From: an uncultured Clostridia bacterium
Lineage (GTDB): Bacteria; Bacillota; Clostridia; Christensenellales; UBA1242
Length of the DNA: 64,000 nucleotides
NCBI GenBank assembly: GCA_944372365.1
Contig: CALVYP010000002.1
Location: forward strand, 26,870 to 90,869
Direction: 5' to 3'
Below are positions 39,743-48,700 of this stretch, piece after piece. The translations under genes were made by a program, and so were the position numbers. The notes under the pieces are model-generated. The model worked only from the letters and a program-made list of their open reading frames with translations, did no database searches and was not told the origin of the DNA. The stretch's first letter is position 1. Each line of letters opens with the position of its first letter.

Positions 39743-40357
39743 ATGCTGGTTATTTCTTCTGCAACAAAAACTGCAATCATTGCAATAAGCGCAAACGATG
39801 CGTGCATTTACAGCGAAATTGAAGCAGATTGCAAACAAAGTGAAAAAATGATGCAAGAAATTGATTCGCTGCTTACAAAAAACAACCTGACTTTGCAGGA
39901 TGTTGGCAATTTTGGGCTTGTAATAGGGCCGGGTTCGTTTACTGGGCTTAGAATAGGCGGGGCACTGATCAAAGGCTTTTGCGCGGCAATGCCACAAAAA
40001 AAGGTTGTGCCAATTCCAACGCTGGATTTAATGGCGGCACAAGTTGTTAAGGATAACAAGCCCAAAACAAAATTTTCCTGCTATATGAAAGCGCAAAGCG
40101 GGCTGTTTTATGGCGCTACATATGATAAAAACGGCGTAAAGCTTATTGACGAGCATCTTTTGTCGGCGGCGGATGTGCTTAAAGGCGGCGAAAACAAATA
40201 TTGTTTGGCAGAAGAAGGCTTTTTGCCATATATAATAACAATCACTCCACAAACGCTGCTGGAAGTGGCTTGCAACGGCGAAAAAAATCAAAATTTGATT
40301 GCTGCAAAGGATATTTCAATCAAATATATCAGGCGTTCGGCAGCTGAAGAAAACTAA
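39743..40357 (+). CDS. tsaB: tRNA threonylcarbamoyladenosine biosynthesis protein TsaB
   Basis: 204 aa with the GPGSFTGLRIG motif. Located immediately after tsaE. Confidence 0.8.
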   Translation: MLVISSATKTAIIAISANDACIYSEIEADCKQSEKMMQEIDSLLTKNNLTLQDVGNFGLVIGPGSFTGLRIGGALIKGFCAAMPQKKVVPIPTLDLMAAQVVKDNKPKTKFSCYMKAQSGLFYGATYDKNGVKLIDEHLLSAADVLKGGENKYCLAEEGFLPYIITITPQTLLEVACNGEKNQNLIAAKDISIKYIRRSAAEEN

Positions 40358-40455
40358 AAAAAATATTTCAAAAATTTTTAAAAAATATGCGTAAATTGCT
40401 AGACATAACCTGTGAAATATGAGTATAATGGCATTAGATTTTTGGAGGAAATTTT

Positions 40456-40926
40456 ATGAAAAAACCTGAATATAAACGTTGCCCAAGATGCGAGCTTAAC
40501 TTTATTAAAAAAGGCGAAAAACTTTGCTCTGTTTGCCAAGCAGAACTTTCCAATAAAGATGATTACATCGACGATTTAGATTTAGAACTTTGCCCAATAT
40601 GTAAAACAAACTATATTCAGCCAGATGAGATTATGTGCTCAAGCTGTTTAAAAGAACACCAAACCGAAGATGGTGAAGTCAACACAGATTGGACTAAATA
40701 TATCGATCGTGATGAAGAAGACGATTATGTTTCACCAGATGAAGAAACAGGCGAGATGGCATCGGTAACTGACCTTGATGACGGCGACATCTTGGACGGC
40801 GATTTCGACGACGACATTGATTTTGATGATGAAGATCTCGACATAGACGAAGATTTGGATGACGATTTAGATTTTGATGATGACGATGAAGATGAAGAAG
40901 ACGATGACGAAGACGACGATGATTAA
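40456..40926 (+). CDS. Double zinc-ribbon protein with a poly-acidic C-terminal tail
   Basis: 156 aa with a GGAGG SD. Two CxxC...CxxC units (CPRC..CSVC and CPIC..CSSC). After these, about 70 residues are almost entirely Asp/Glu, ending in DDDDEDEEDDDEDDDD. Confidence 0.7.
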   Translation: MKKPEYKRCPRCELNFIKKGEKLCSVCQAELSNKDDYIDDLDLELCPICKTNYIQPDEIMCSSCLKEHQTEDGEVNTDWTKYIDRDEEDDYVSPDEETGEMASVTDLDDGDILDGDFDDDIDFDDEDLDIDEDLDDDLDFDDDDEDEEDDDEDDDD

Positions 40927-40942
40927 AATTTAAGCAAAAAAA

Positions 40943-40961
40943 AGAACCTATCAAAGGTTCT
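40943..40961. terminator. Bidirectional terminator between convergent genes
   Basis: AGAACCT-ATCAA-AGGTTCT, flanked by A8 and T7. Confidence 0.65.
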
Positions 40962-40968
40962 TTTTTTG

Positions 40969-43900
40969 TTATTGCTTAGGCTGTTTGGTTTGCTTAGCTT
41001 GTTTTTTCTTGCTTGCCAGAATGCGCTTTTCAATGCTGATCAAATAATCTTTGGTTTGAACAAACGCCTTGTGTTCTTCAAGTTGATCAACTGATTTTTG
41101 AAGCGCTGCGCGTTTGGAAGCAAATGTTTTAAATTGTTTTTCAACAGCACCAGTCACTTTGCCGTGCTCTCTTGCTTTTGCAATTGTTTGTTTGTTGTCT
41201 TCTTCAATTTCAGCAATTTGAGCCTTTATGCTTGCAATATGCTCGTCAATCTTTGCAATTTCTGCGTTTTGAATTTCTTTTGCTTGGTTGGTGATGATGT
41301 CTGCATGCAGTGATTCATCTCTGTCGTATTTTTGTTTTTCAACCTTTGCAGATTTTTTAATTTTAACATGTCTAAGCGCAAATGCAACGATTGCAAATAT
41401 AAGTGCAAGTGCAAGAATAATTGAAGGGATAAGCAGCCACAAGGTTTCATCATTGTTGCCATCTTCTGGCTGAGTGGTTGTGTCGTCGGTTGCAGAATCA
41501 TCGTCGTCTTCGGTTGCGGCAGTTGCAGTTGCTGTGAATAGCGTGCTGCCAAAGGCTTCTTGTCTGTTTGCTTGGTTGTATGTTTCTGCGTCACTTGCGT
41601 TCCAAGCAATGTCTGTTAAGAATGCGTAGCCGGTTGTATCAAGGCAGTCGCTGATCAAACTGAAAGTAAACGATGCATCGCTGTCTTCCGTCACACTAAA
41701 CAAGATTGTAAATTCTTGCCAGCCGTCGCTTGCTTTCAAACCTTCAACTTTATCAAAACCGCTGATTCCAATGCTCACGCCAAAAGTTGTGTCAACTTCT
41801 TCGTCATCATGCATATGCACGCCGTCGAATGAAGGGAAGGAAGTGAGAAGCCTAAAAGTCAATGCATAATATTGAGTTTCAGCCTTTGCTGCAACAGGGA
41901 AGTTTGATGTAAGAGTGTAGGTTGCAGGCAGATCGGTTTGAATTGCAAGCACATTTTTTGTAAGCGAACCATCGTCGATAGGAAATTCGCCGTTTGAGTT
42001 TACATATTTAAACGCATCGTTGCCAGCGCCTTTAATCACTCCGCCTTTTGCCGAGTTGCTGTTGCCTGAGTCAATCTTGCCGGTGAAAGCGTTGAAAGAA
42101 GTGATGTTGTTGCCAATTTGGTTGTTTGCATCAAGGTTTAACATAAATCCAGAAAGGTCAATTTGCACTTCTGCACTCTCAAACGCCTGCTCGGAAGATT
42201 CGGAGATAATAAAGTTATCAAAGAATGCGTAGCCTGAAACAAGGTTGTCTTGATTTCCAAATTCGATGGTAAGCGAAGCAGTTGAAGCGCCTTCGCCAGT
42301 GAAGATTTGGCATTGATAGGTTTTCCATTCGCCGCTTGCAATGTTTTGTTGATTTAAAAGCTGAATAGAATTGCTGTCGGTTATTTGAAGGTTAAACCAA
42401 GCGTCAGCCAAGGTTTTGTATTTGAAAGTAAGGGTATAATATGTGTTGGCTGTAAGTTCAAATGTGGATGATGATATTGATTGATAGTTTGCATTTTCAT
42501 TGTAAAGCATTAAAATGTTGTTTACATCATCAGTTGAAGAATATTCGTCTGGCGAGCCAGGATTTGCAAGGTTTTCGCTCCAATCATAGTCATATTCATC
42601 AAAATATTTTGAATAAACGTTGATTATGCCTGCTTTTTTCACGCCAGCGTTGTCTGGTTGAGTGATTGTCCAGTCTGCTGGTGCAACAGGCTTATCCAAA
42701 GTGTTGGTTTGGTTTTTTGCACTGTTAAAATATCCATTTTTAAAGGTTGTTTCGCTTGCAGTTGCGGTTGCAAGTTGCAAAACATTGCCTTCGGTTGAAA
42801 AGTTTTCGCTGTCAACAACTTCAACGATGATATTGTCTATAACCACAGCTCCGGAAGCATAATTTTGTGAAGAGCCAAGGTTAAATGCAATTTGAATTTG
42901 CGAGTCGTATCTGTCATGTCCTTGAACATAAAATTCAACTTGAGCATATTCGTTTATAAATTTGTCAGAGCCGTTTTCAGTGATCGCGGATGATGTTTTG
43001 CTTCCAAGAGTGTAGGAAGAAAGGTAGGAAAATTGATTTTTAATGTCATCGGTTTCATTCAATGAAATTGTAAATTCGCCTTGTGTAATTTCGCTTATTT
43101 TAACATTGAATGTGATTTTATATAACCCAAGTGATTTAATTTCAAGTGGAAGAGATTCAACCTTTACAAATCCATCCTCAGCCCAAAGAGTAAGTGCTTG
43201 GGTGTTGTTTGCAGAAAAATCGCTGCCAGGGTAGGTGAAGTTTGTTGTGCTTTCAAAAATGCCTTGGTTGAGCGGCAAAATTTGAGCGTAGCCGTTTACA
43301 CCTGTCGAATCTACTTTCCAATCAACAAGATTGTTCACAACGCCGTCTAAGCTTTTTTCAAAGTCAAAGTTAAGCGACGATGTGTCGATGATTGTGGCAT
43401 CGTTGATGTCGCCAGCAACCACGCAATCAACGCCACTTTGTTGATTTAATTGAATGTTTTTGTAGTATGCATTTTCTGAAAGTTGTTGAGCGCACACTTC
43501 GTCAAAGAACACCACGCCTGTTGAAGGGCGTTGATTTGTTCCAAGCCACAACTCAACCTGTACGGCTTGATCTTGGCTTCCAGTTGCGATGTAGAAATAG
43601 TATACTGTCCAGTCTGTTGCAGTTTCGGCTTCAATTTGCACATCCACAGCTTGATCGTTTTCATCAATCAGCCCAGAGATGTAAATAGAGCCAAAGGTGT
43701 TGTTCGACTCGCTAAACGAAGTTGTTTTCATAGCAACCGAAAATTCATAGTATGAGTTTGCCGAAAGAGAGATGCTGTTTGATATGTAGCCTTCGCTGAT
43801 TTCTTTTGGCGCAAAGTTATCTGAATTTGGGTTGGTGTTTGCCGAGTTGATCATCAAAATTTTGTTATCGCTGCCCACCTTGCCAGGATTGTTTTTAAGA

Positions 43901-44193
43901 TAGTAGGTGTTGGCCGAGTAGCGCTCAAAATCCGACTGCACATCGATTGCCATGGTTTTAGCACTTGTGTTGCCCCAGTTTCTTGTCCAACCAGAAAAAT
44001 CTCCATCGGTGTATGAAGATGAAGTTGCGTCAAAGCTTGAGTTGGTTATTGTAACACTTTCGCGATGTTCGCCATCAAAGGAAGATGCTTTAACAAGCAT
44101 GTTAGTTGGAAGCGCTGCCATAAGCCCCAAAGGAAGCATAATGGCAACAATTAAAATAAAAATAATTGAAAGTAAAGATTTTCTTTTAGTCAT
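40969..44193 (-). CDS. Large surface protein: signal peptide, repeated CBM/galactose-binding-like beta-sandwich modules, C-terminal TM helix and a cytoplasmic coiled-coil tail
   Basis: 1074 aa with an N-terminal signal/anchor. It has 5-6 modules of about 150 aa, each ending in an aromatic-FFD[NE] type motif (VVFFDEV, AVVIDNI, YAFFDNF, YAFLTDI). An acidic Thr/Asp linker follows, then the TM LWLLIPSIILALALIFAIVAFAL, then a K/E/Q-rich heptad-like tail of about 130 aa. Confidence 0.8.
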   Translation of the reverse strand: MTKRKSLLSIIFILIVAIMLPLGLMAALPTNMLVKASSFDGEHRESVTITNSSFDATSSSYTDGDFSGWTRNWGNTSAKTMAIDVQSDFERYSANTYYLKNNPGKVGSDNKILMINSANTNPNSDNFAPKEISEGYISNSISLSANSYYEFSVAMKTTSFSESNNTFGSIYISGLIDENDQAVDVQIEAETATDWTVYYFYIATGSQDQAVQVELWLGTNQRPSTGVVFFDEVCAQQLSENAYYKNIQLNQQSGVDCVVAGDINDATIIDTSSLNFDFEKSLDGVVNNLVDWKVDSTGVNGYAQILPLNQGIFESTTNFTYPGSDFSANNTQALTLWAEDGFVKVESLPLEIKSLGLYKITFNVKISEITQGEFTISLNETDDIKNQFSYLSSYTLGSKTSSAITENGSDKFINEYAQVEFYVQGHDRYDSQIQIAFNLGSSQNYASGAVVIDNIIVEVVDSENFSTEGNVLQLATATASETTFKNGYFNSAKNQTNTLDKPVAPADWTITQPDNAGVKKAGIINVYSKYFDEYDYDWSENLANPGSPDEYSSTDDVNNILMLYNENANYQSISSSTFELTANTYYTLTFKYKTLADAWFNLQITDSNSIQLLNQQNIASGEWKTYQCQIFTGEGASTASLTIEFGNQDNLVSGYAFFDNFIISESSEQAFESAEVQIDLSGFMLNLDANNQIGNNITSFNAFTGKIDSGNSNSAKGGVIKGAGNDAFKYVNSNGEFPIDDGSLTKNVLAIQTDLPATYTLTSNFPVAAKAETQYYALTFRLLTSFPSFDGVHMHDDEEVDTTFGVSIGISGFDKVEGLKASDGWQEFTILFSVTEDSDASFTFSLISDCLDTTGYAFLTDIAWNASDAETYNQANRQEAFGSTLFTATATAATEDDDDSATDDTTTQPEDGNNDETLWLLIPSIILALALIFAIVAFALRHVKIKKSAKVEKQKYDRDESLHADIITNQAKEIQNAEIAKIDEHIASIKAQIAEIEEDNKQTIAKAREHGKVTGAVEKQFKTFASKRAALQKSVDQLEEHKAFVQTKDYLISIEKRILASKKKQAKQTKQPKQ

Positions 44194-44285
44194 AAGTTCA
44201 CACCTTTTTTTGATATCACGTTTTAGTATACAACAAATTTACTCAATAATCAAATATTTTTTTATTAAATATTTATAATAATTGC

Positions 44286-44690
44286 ATGAAAAACAAAAAA
44301 TCAGTGCAAAGCAATATACAAAGCGGGCAAACATCGCTTAAAAAGAAGGTGATGCTTGTTTTTCTCGGCGGGCTTGTTGGGTTTTTGAATGGCTTTTTTG
44401 GTGGCGGAGGCGGGATGATTTGTGTGCCAACGCTTGAAAAGGGGTTGGGACTGGATAACAAGCGCGCACACGCCACAGCAATCGCGGTGATTTTTCCGCT
44501 TTCACTTGTAAGTTGTGCAATCTACATATTCAAAGGCGCGATACAATCTCTTCCACTTTTGACGGTTGGATTAGGGGTACTTGCAGGCGGGATAGCGGGC
44601 TCGTTTGCGCTTAAATTCATTCCTTCAAAAACGCTGCGCATCATCTTTGCTGTGATTATGCTTGTTGGCGGAGTGAGGCTTATAATATGA
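44286..44690 (+). CDS. TauE/SafE-family anion exporter, N-terminal half-size subunit
   Basis: 134 aa with about 4 TM helices and the glycine-rich motif GFLNGFFGGGGGMICVP typical of TauE/SafE. Confidence 0.7.
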   Translation: MKNKKSVQSNIQSGQTSLKKKVMLVFLGGLVGFLNGFFGGGGGMICVPTLEKGLGLDNKRAHATAIAVIFPLSLVSCAIYIFKGAIQSLPLLTVGLGVLAGGIAGSFALKFIPSKTLRIIFAVIMLVGGVRLII

Positions 44691-45058
44691 ACATCTTTTT
44701 GCAAATTTTATTTGGAGTTTTAGGTGGATTTTTTGGTGGATTGGGCATGGGCGGAGGCACTTTGCTTATTCCGCTGCTTACAATTTTTTTGCATTTTGAT
44801 CAGCAGTTAAGCCAAGGCATAAATCTGCTTACTTTTTTGTTTATGGCGGTTTTTTCGCTGTATATTCACTCTAAAAACAACCTTATTGTCACAAAAAATA
44901 TTGTGTATATCATCATTGGCGGTGTAATTTTTTCAGTTGCAGGTGCATTTTTGGCAACAGTTTTGCCAAGCATTATTTTAAGAAAATGTTTTGGTGGATT
45001 TTTGGTGATTTTGGCGGTGGTAGAGTTTGTTAAAGCGCTTAAAAAACAGGCAAATTAA
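44687..45058 (+). CDS. TauE/SafE-family anion exporter, C-terminal half-size subunit
   Basis: 123 aa with about 4 TM helices and the motif GGFFGGLGMGGGTLLIP. Its ATG overlaps the upstream stop (ATGA). Confidence 0.7.
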   Translation: MNIFLQILFGVLGGFFGGLGMGGGTLLIPLLTIFLHFDQQLSQGINLLTFLFMAVFSLYIHSKNNLIVTKNIVYIIIGGVIFSVAGAFLATVLPSIILRKCFGGFLVILAVVEFVKALKKQAN

Positions 45059-45093
45059 ACTGACAATTATTTAGCAAAATTTTCAATAAAAGG

Positions 45094-45123
45094 TGGACAA
45101 AACCCCTATGTTTATGCTATAAT
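45094..45123 (+). promoter_or_regulatory. Candidate sigma-A promoter
   Basis: TGGACA, an 18-nt spacer, then an extended -10 TGCTATAAT, about 22 nt upstream of the ferredoxin ATG. Confidence 0.5.
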
Positions 45124-45145
45124 ACACCCGTAAGAGGGGTGCAAT

Positions 45146-45316
45146 ATGATTGTAAATCAAAAAAAATGTATTGGCTGTGGCACATGCATTGCAATCTGCC
45201 CAGTTGAGGCAATCAGTTTTGATAAAAAGGGCAAAGCAGTTATTGATAAATCAAAGTGCATCAAATGCGGCGCATGCAAGGCAAGCTGCCCAGTTGGTGC
45301 AATAAGCGAAGACTAA
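45146..45316 (+). CDS. 2x[4Fe-4S] ferredoxin (56 aa; absent from the supplied ORF track)
   Basis: Hand translation gives MIVNQKKCIGCGTCIAICPVEAISFDKKGKAVIDKSKCIKCGACKASCPVGAISED. It has two CxxCxxCxxxCP motifs and a GAGGGG SD. Confidence 0.8.
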   Translation: MIVNQKKCIGCGTCIAICPVEAISFDKKGKAVIDKSKCIKCGACKASCPVGAISED

Positions 45317-45327
45317 AAGAGGGTTTT

Positions 45328-46806
45328 ATGGAAAAAATTGCGTTAATTGAATTGACAGGTGCAACCAGCGTTCTTTCAATCTATCAAACTCAAAATGGAA
45401 GAAGCAAGCTCATCAGGCAGGAAAGTGACGCTGTCAATGTTTCTAAGGATATAAATGAAGAAAAATTGTTAAAACCAAAAACAATAGCCGATGTTGTTGG
45501 CATTCTTAAACTTTACAGAGATATAGTTGAAGAAAACCAAGTTCAAAAAATAATTTGCACGGCCAACAATTGTGTTTTAGGAGCACGCAACCAGCGCGGC
45601 TTTTTTGAAGAAATCTACAACAACACGGGGCTTGGTTTTGTGTTTTTAAATGACGAAGATGTTGTGAAAAACATTTACAACTCGGTGGTATCAAAAATTG
45701 ACAATTCAAAAGGTGCGATTATATATGTTGACGCCTATTCAACCTATTTTATCAAATACAACCGCCGCACAACGCTTGGCTTTGATATTGTGCCATATGG
45801 TTATGAAAACATAATGAATGGCGGCGCAGATTTTGACCAAATGAAAGCACTTTTTGCTTCCAGCATGCAGCTTAAAAACTTTAATGTTGATGAAGACGAG
45901 GCATTTGTTGGCGTGGGTGATCCGTTCATCAATTTTGGCAGAGTTGCCAAAAAGGTGGATCATTATCCACTTGAAATCGACAACAACTATCCAGTAAGCA
46001 AGTCGCTTGCAAACAAAGTTGTAAATTTTGTTAAGGGGCTTGATTTAGAAAAAATCAAAAAGGTTAAAGGCCTTGTGGACGACAGGGCGGATGTTCTGCT
46101 TTCAGGGTTTGCAATCATCAGCGCTGTATATGAAAAATTGCACATGCATGAAATTGTTGTTTCATCGGCGTGCGTTAGAGATGGCGTGATTGCATCCAGC
46201 CTGTCAGCCGAAATTCAAGAGCGCTTTTCAGACCTTTTAGGTGCATCTTTTGACAGCATTCATGAATTTCAGAAAAACGATGCTTGCATCAACCTGCGCG
46301 TTGCAAATATGGCGGGGATATTGTTTAAGCAATTAAAAGTTATGCACAAACTTCCGCGCTCATATGTAAAGCCTTTGCGCGTGGCCGCCTATATGTTTGA
46401 CAGCGGCAAGCAAATCAACTTTGAAGATTATGAAAAGCATGGTTTTTATGCAATTTTAAACTCTGGGCTTTGCGGCGTAAGCCAAAAAGATTTGCTTTTA
46501 GGCGCGTTTATTTGTGAGTGCCAAACTGCTGACAATTTCAATCTTTCGCAGTGGATGAAATATAAAGATATGCTCACCGATGAAGATTTAAACGCAGTAA
46601 GAAAACTTGGTGTTATTGTAAAACTTGCAGTGGCGCTTAACAGTTCTAAACAACTTGTGGTGACGGATGTTGTATGCGATATCTTGGGCGATTCAATCAT
46701 TATGAAACTTATTGTAAACAGCGACCCAACTTATGAAATCATGCAGGGTATGAAAGTTGCACAGGATTATAGAAAGTTCTTCAAGAAAAATCTTCAACTT
46801 ATTTAA
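45328..46806 (+). CDS. Ppx/GppA-family (ASKHA-fold) phosphatase-like protein, divergent
   Basis: About 492 aa from MEKIALIEL after the AGAGGG SD. The N-terminal two-lobed actin-like pattern and the C-terminal helical domain resemble Ppx/GppA. The canonical DxGSNS motif is replaced by ELTGATS. Confidence 0.6.
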   Translation: MEKIALIELTGATSVLSIYQTQNGRSKLIRQESDAVNVSKDINEEKLLKPKTIADVVGILKLYRDIVEENQVQKIICTANNCVLGARNQRGFFEEIYNNTGLGFVFLNDEDVVKNIYNSVVSKIDNSKGAIIYVDAYSTYFIKYNRRTTLGFDIVPYGYENIMNGGADFDQMKALFASSMQLKNFNVDEDEAFVGVGDPFINFGRVAKKVDHYPLEIDNNYPVSKSLANKVVNFVKGLDLEKIKKVKGLVDDRADVLLSGFAIISAVYEKLHMHEIVVSSACVRDGVIASSLSAEIQERFSDLLGASFDSIHEFQKNDACINLRVANMAGILFKQLKVMHKLPRSYVKPLRVAAYMFDSGKQINFEDYEKHGFYAILNSGLCGVSQKDLLLGAFICECQTADNFNLSQWMKYKDMLTDEDLNAVRKLGVIVKLAVALNSSKQLVVTDVVCDILGDSIIMKLIVNSDPTYEIMQGMKVAQDYRKFFKKNLQLI

Positions 46807-46815
46807 GGGGGGATT

Positions 46816-47808
46816 ATGAAATATAATTACGCCATAGAATTAGGCGGAGCAAGCACAACAATATTTTCACGAGAAGATGGCTTTGTTTTAAAAGAGCCAA
46901 CTTTGGTTGCGGTTGAAACCACCACCGAAGGTTACAGGGTTAAAGCGGTGGGCGAGGATGCAAAAAAACTTGTATGGAAAACATTGGACGAGGTTGAAGT
47001 TTTTAATCCTATCGCAAACGGCGTGATAGAAAATTTTGAATACACTCTCATCATGCTTACAAACTTTTTCAAAAAGATTAAATATAAAAAATCATCCAAC
47101 ATTTTAATCTTAACACCTTGCGGGTTGCAAGCCGAAGAAAAGAAAAAATATTATCAGCTTTTTGATAAACTTGGGTTTAACGAAATAAGTTTAATTCCGT
47201 CGGTTTTGTGCTCGCTTTTGGGTTGCAATGTCAACATTCTTTCGCCAAAAGCCAGCATGATTGTGGATATTGGCGGGGCGACAACTGATGTTGCAGTTGT
47301 CAATCTTGGTTCAATCTTAAAAGGCGTGACGCTTGGCATAGGCGGCAGAGCGATGGACATCGCGCTTGCAAACTCACTTGCAATGGCAAAAGATGGCATT
47401 TTAATTGGTCTGCCAACAGCCGAAAAAGTGAAAAATGAAATTGGCTCGCTTTACAAAAACGACACTCTTAACATGGAAGTGATGGGCTTAGACGGTGCAA
47501 GCAACATGCCAAAAACAAAAATCGTTTCATGCCGAGAGATAAGGCATGTGTTTGAAGCATTTTTGGAAGAAATTGTAAGAACAATCAATGTCACAATCAA
47601 CACTCTTCCACCAGAAATTTCAGCAGATATAATCAAAAATGGCGTAATTTTTACTGGCGGCGTAAGCAAAATTGCAGGATTAGATGACTTTTTAAAGCGC
47701 ACTTTAACCTACAATTTTACAATAAGCGATGATTGCGAAAATGTTGCAATTTTGGGCGCTGGCAAGCTTTTAAACGATGACGCTTTGCTTAAAAAAGTGC
47801 TTTTGTAG
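46816..47808 (+). CDS. MreB/Mbl-family actin-like protein (divergent)
   Basis: 330 aa, collinear by eye with MreB (LKEPTLVAV, VGEDAKK, NPIANGVIENFE, DIGGATTDVAVVNLGSI, VIFTGGVSKIAGLDDFL). The phosphate-1 motif is IELGGAST instead of IDLGTANT. Confidence 0.7.
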   Translation: MKYNYAIELGGASTTIFSREDGFVLKEPTLVAVETTTEGYRVKAVGEDAKKLVWKTLDEVEVFNPIANGVIENFEYTLIMLTNFFKKIKYKKSSNILILTPCGLQAEEKKKYYQLFDKLGFNEISLIPSVLCSLLGCNVNILSPKASMIVDIGGATTDVAVVNLGSILKGVTLGIGGRAMDIALANSLAMAKDGILIGLPTAEKVKNEIGSLYKNDTLNMEVMGLDGASNMPKTKIVSCREIRHVFEAFLEEIVRTINVTINTLPPEISADIIKNGVIFTGGVSKIAGLDDFLKRTLTYNFTISDDCENVAILGAGKLLNDDALLKKVLL

Positions 47809-47827
47809 TTTTCAAAAAATTTTGACA

Positions 47828-47867
47828 AGAAAGAAAAATTTTAAACAAAATTTTTCTTTCTTTTTTT
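47828..47867 (+). terminator. Rho-independent terminator
   Basis: Perfect 15-bp stem AGAAAGAAAAATTTT / AAAATTTTTCTTTCT with loop AAAC, followed by a T-run. Confidence 0.6.
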
Positions 47868-47906
47868 ATTGCCGCTTGCTAAAATTTTAACTGTTTAAGG
47901 AGCGTT

Positions 47907-48698
47907 ATGGCAAGAAAAATTGTGTTGACAAGTGGCAAAGGCGGGGTTGGAAAAACCACCGTCTGTGCAAATTTGGGCGTAAATTTGGCGGCATTAGGTT
48001 TTAGAACAGTGCTTGTTGATGTGGACATTGGATTAAACAACCTTGATGTGGTTATGGGGCTTGAAAAACAGGTGGTGTTTGACATAACCGATGTGATAAT
48101 GGGCAGATGCAGGGCAAAACAAGCGCTGATTGAAGATGGCAGATTTGCAAATTTGTTCTTGTTGCCATCATCTCATTACAGCGGCAAAACGCGCATATTG
48201 GGCGAGCATGTTAAAAGCGTGCTAAACATGCTGGATTCAAGCTTCGACTATATTTTGATAGATTGCCCAGCAGGCGTTGACGCGGGCTTTCACAGGGCGG
48301 TTTTTTCGGCGAACGAGGCGATTGTGGTTGTCACGCCGCATCTTTCCAGCATTCGCGACGCCAACAAAGTTCTAAGCCTGTTGAATGAATATAATCTCAC
48401 AAGCAAAGGCTTGGTGATCAACAGAATGCGCGGCGATTTGCTTGCAAATGGCGAAATGCTGCGAGTTGAAGATATCGTGCGCGCGCTCAGGCTTCCGCTT
48501 TATGGAGTGATACCAGAAGATGACGCCATCAGCAGCGCCTGTTCGGTTGGGGGCTATCTAAATTCGCAAGAGTCTACTCGAGCGTTCACTTTGCTTTGTG
48601 AAAACATACACAATGGCACAAAAAAGATATACGATTGCGAGATGAAATATCGCGGATTTATGGGTTATATTCGAAGAAACCTTAAAAGGAAGGTGTAA
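47907..48698 (+). CDS. minD: Septum site-determining ATPase MinD
   Basis: 263 aa with the deviant Walker A SGKGGVGKTT, DCPAG, and a C-terminal amphipathic helix GFMGYIRRNLKRKV. Confidence 0.88.
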   Translation: MARKIVLTSGKGGVGKTTVCANLGVNLAALGFRTVLVDVDIGLNNLDVVMGLEKQVVFDITDVIMGRCRAKQALIEDGRFANLFLLPSSHYSGKTRILGEHVKSVLNMLDSSFDYILIDCPAGVDAGFHRAVFSANEAIVVVTPHLSSIRDANKVLSLLNEYNLTSKGLVINRMRGDLLANGEMLRVEDIVRALRLPLYGVIPEDDAISSACSVGGYLNSQESTRAFTLLCENIHNGTKKIYDCEMKYRGFMGYIRRNLKRKV

Positions 48699-48700
48699 AA

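Noticed and set aside
40730-40926. GAT/GAA/GAC-rich repetitive DNA that could be taken for a tandem repeat or a CRISPR-like array
   Set aside because: It is in frame within a CDS and encodes the poly-Asp/Glu tail. It has no spacer-repeat periodicity.
45256-45327. Upstream extension of the Ppx-like ORF (MHQMRRMQGKLPSW...)
   Set aside because: It overlaps the 3-prime end of a clean ferredoxin gene in another frame. The ATG at 45328 has an SD and gives the expected ASKHA N-terminus.
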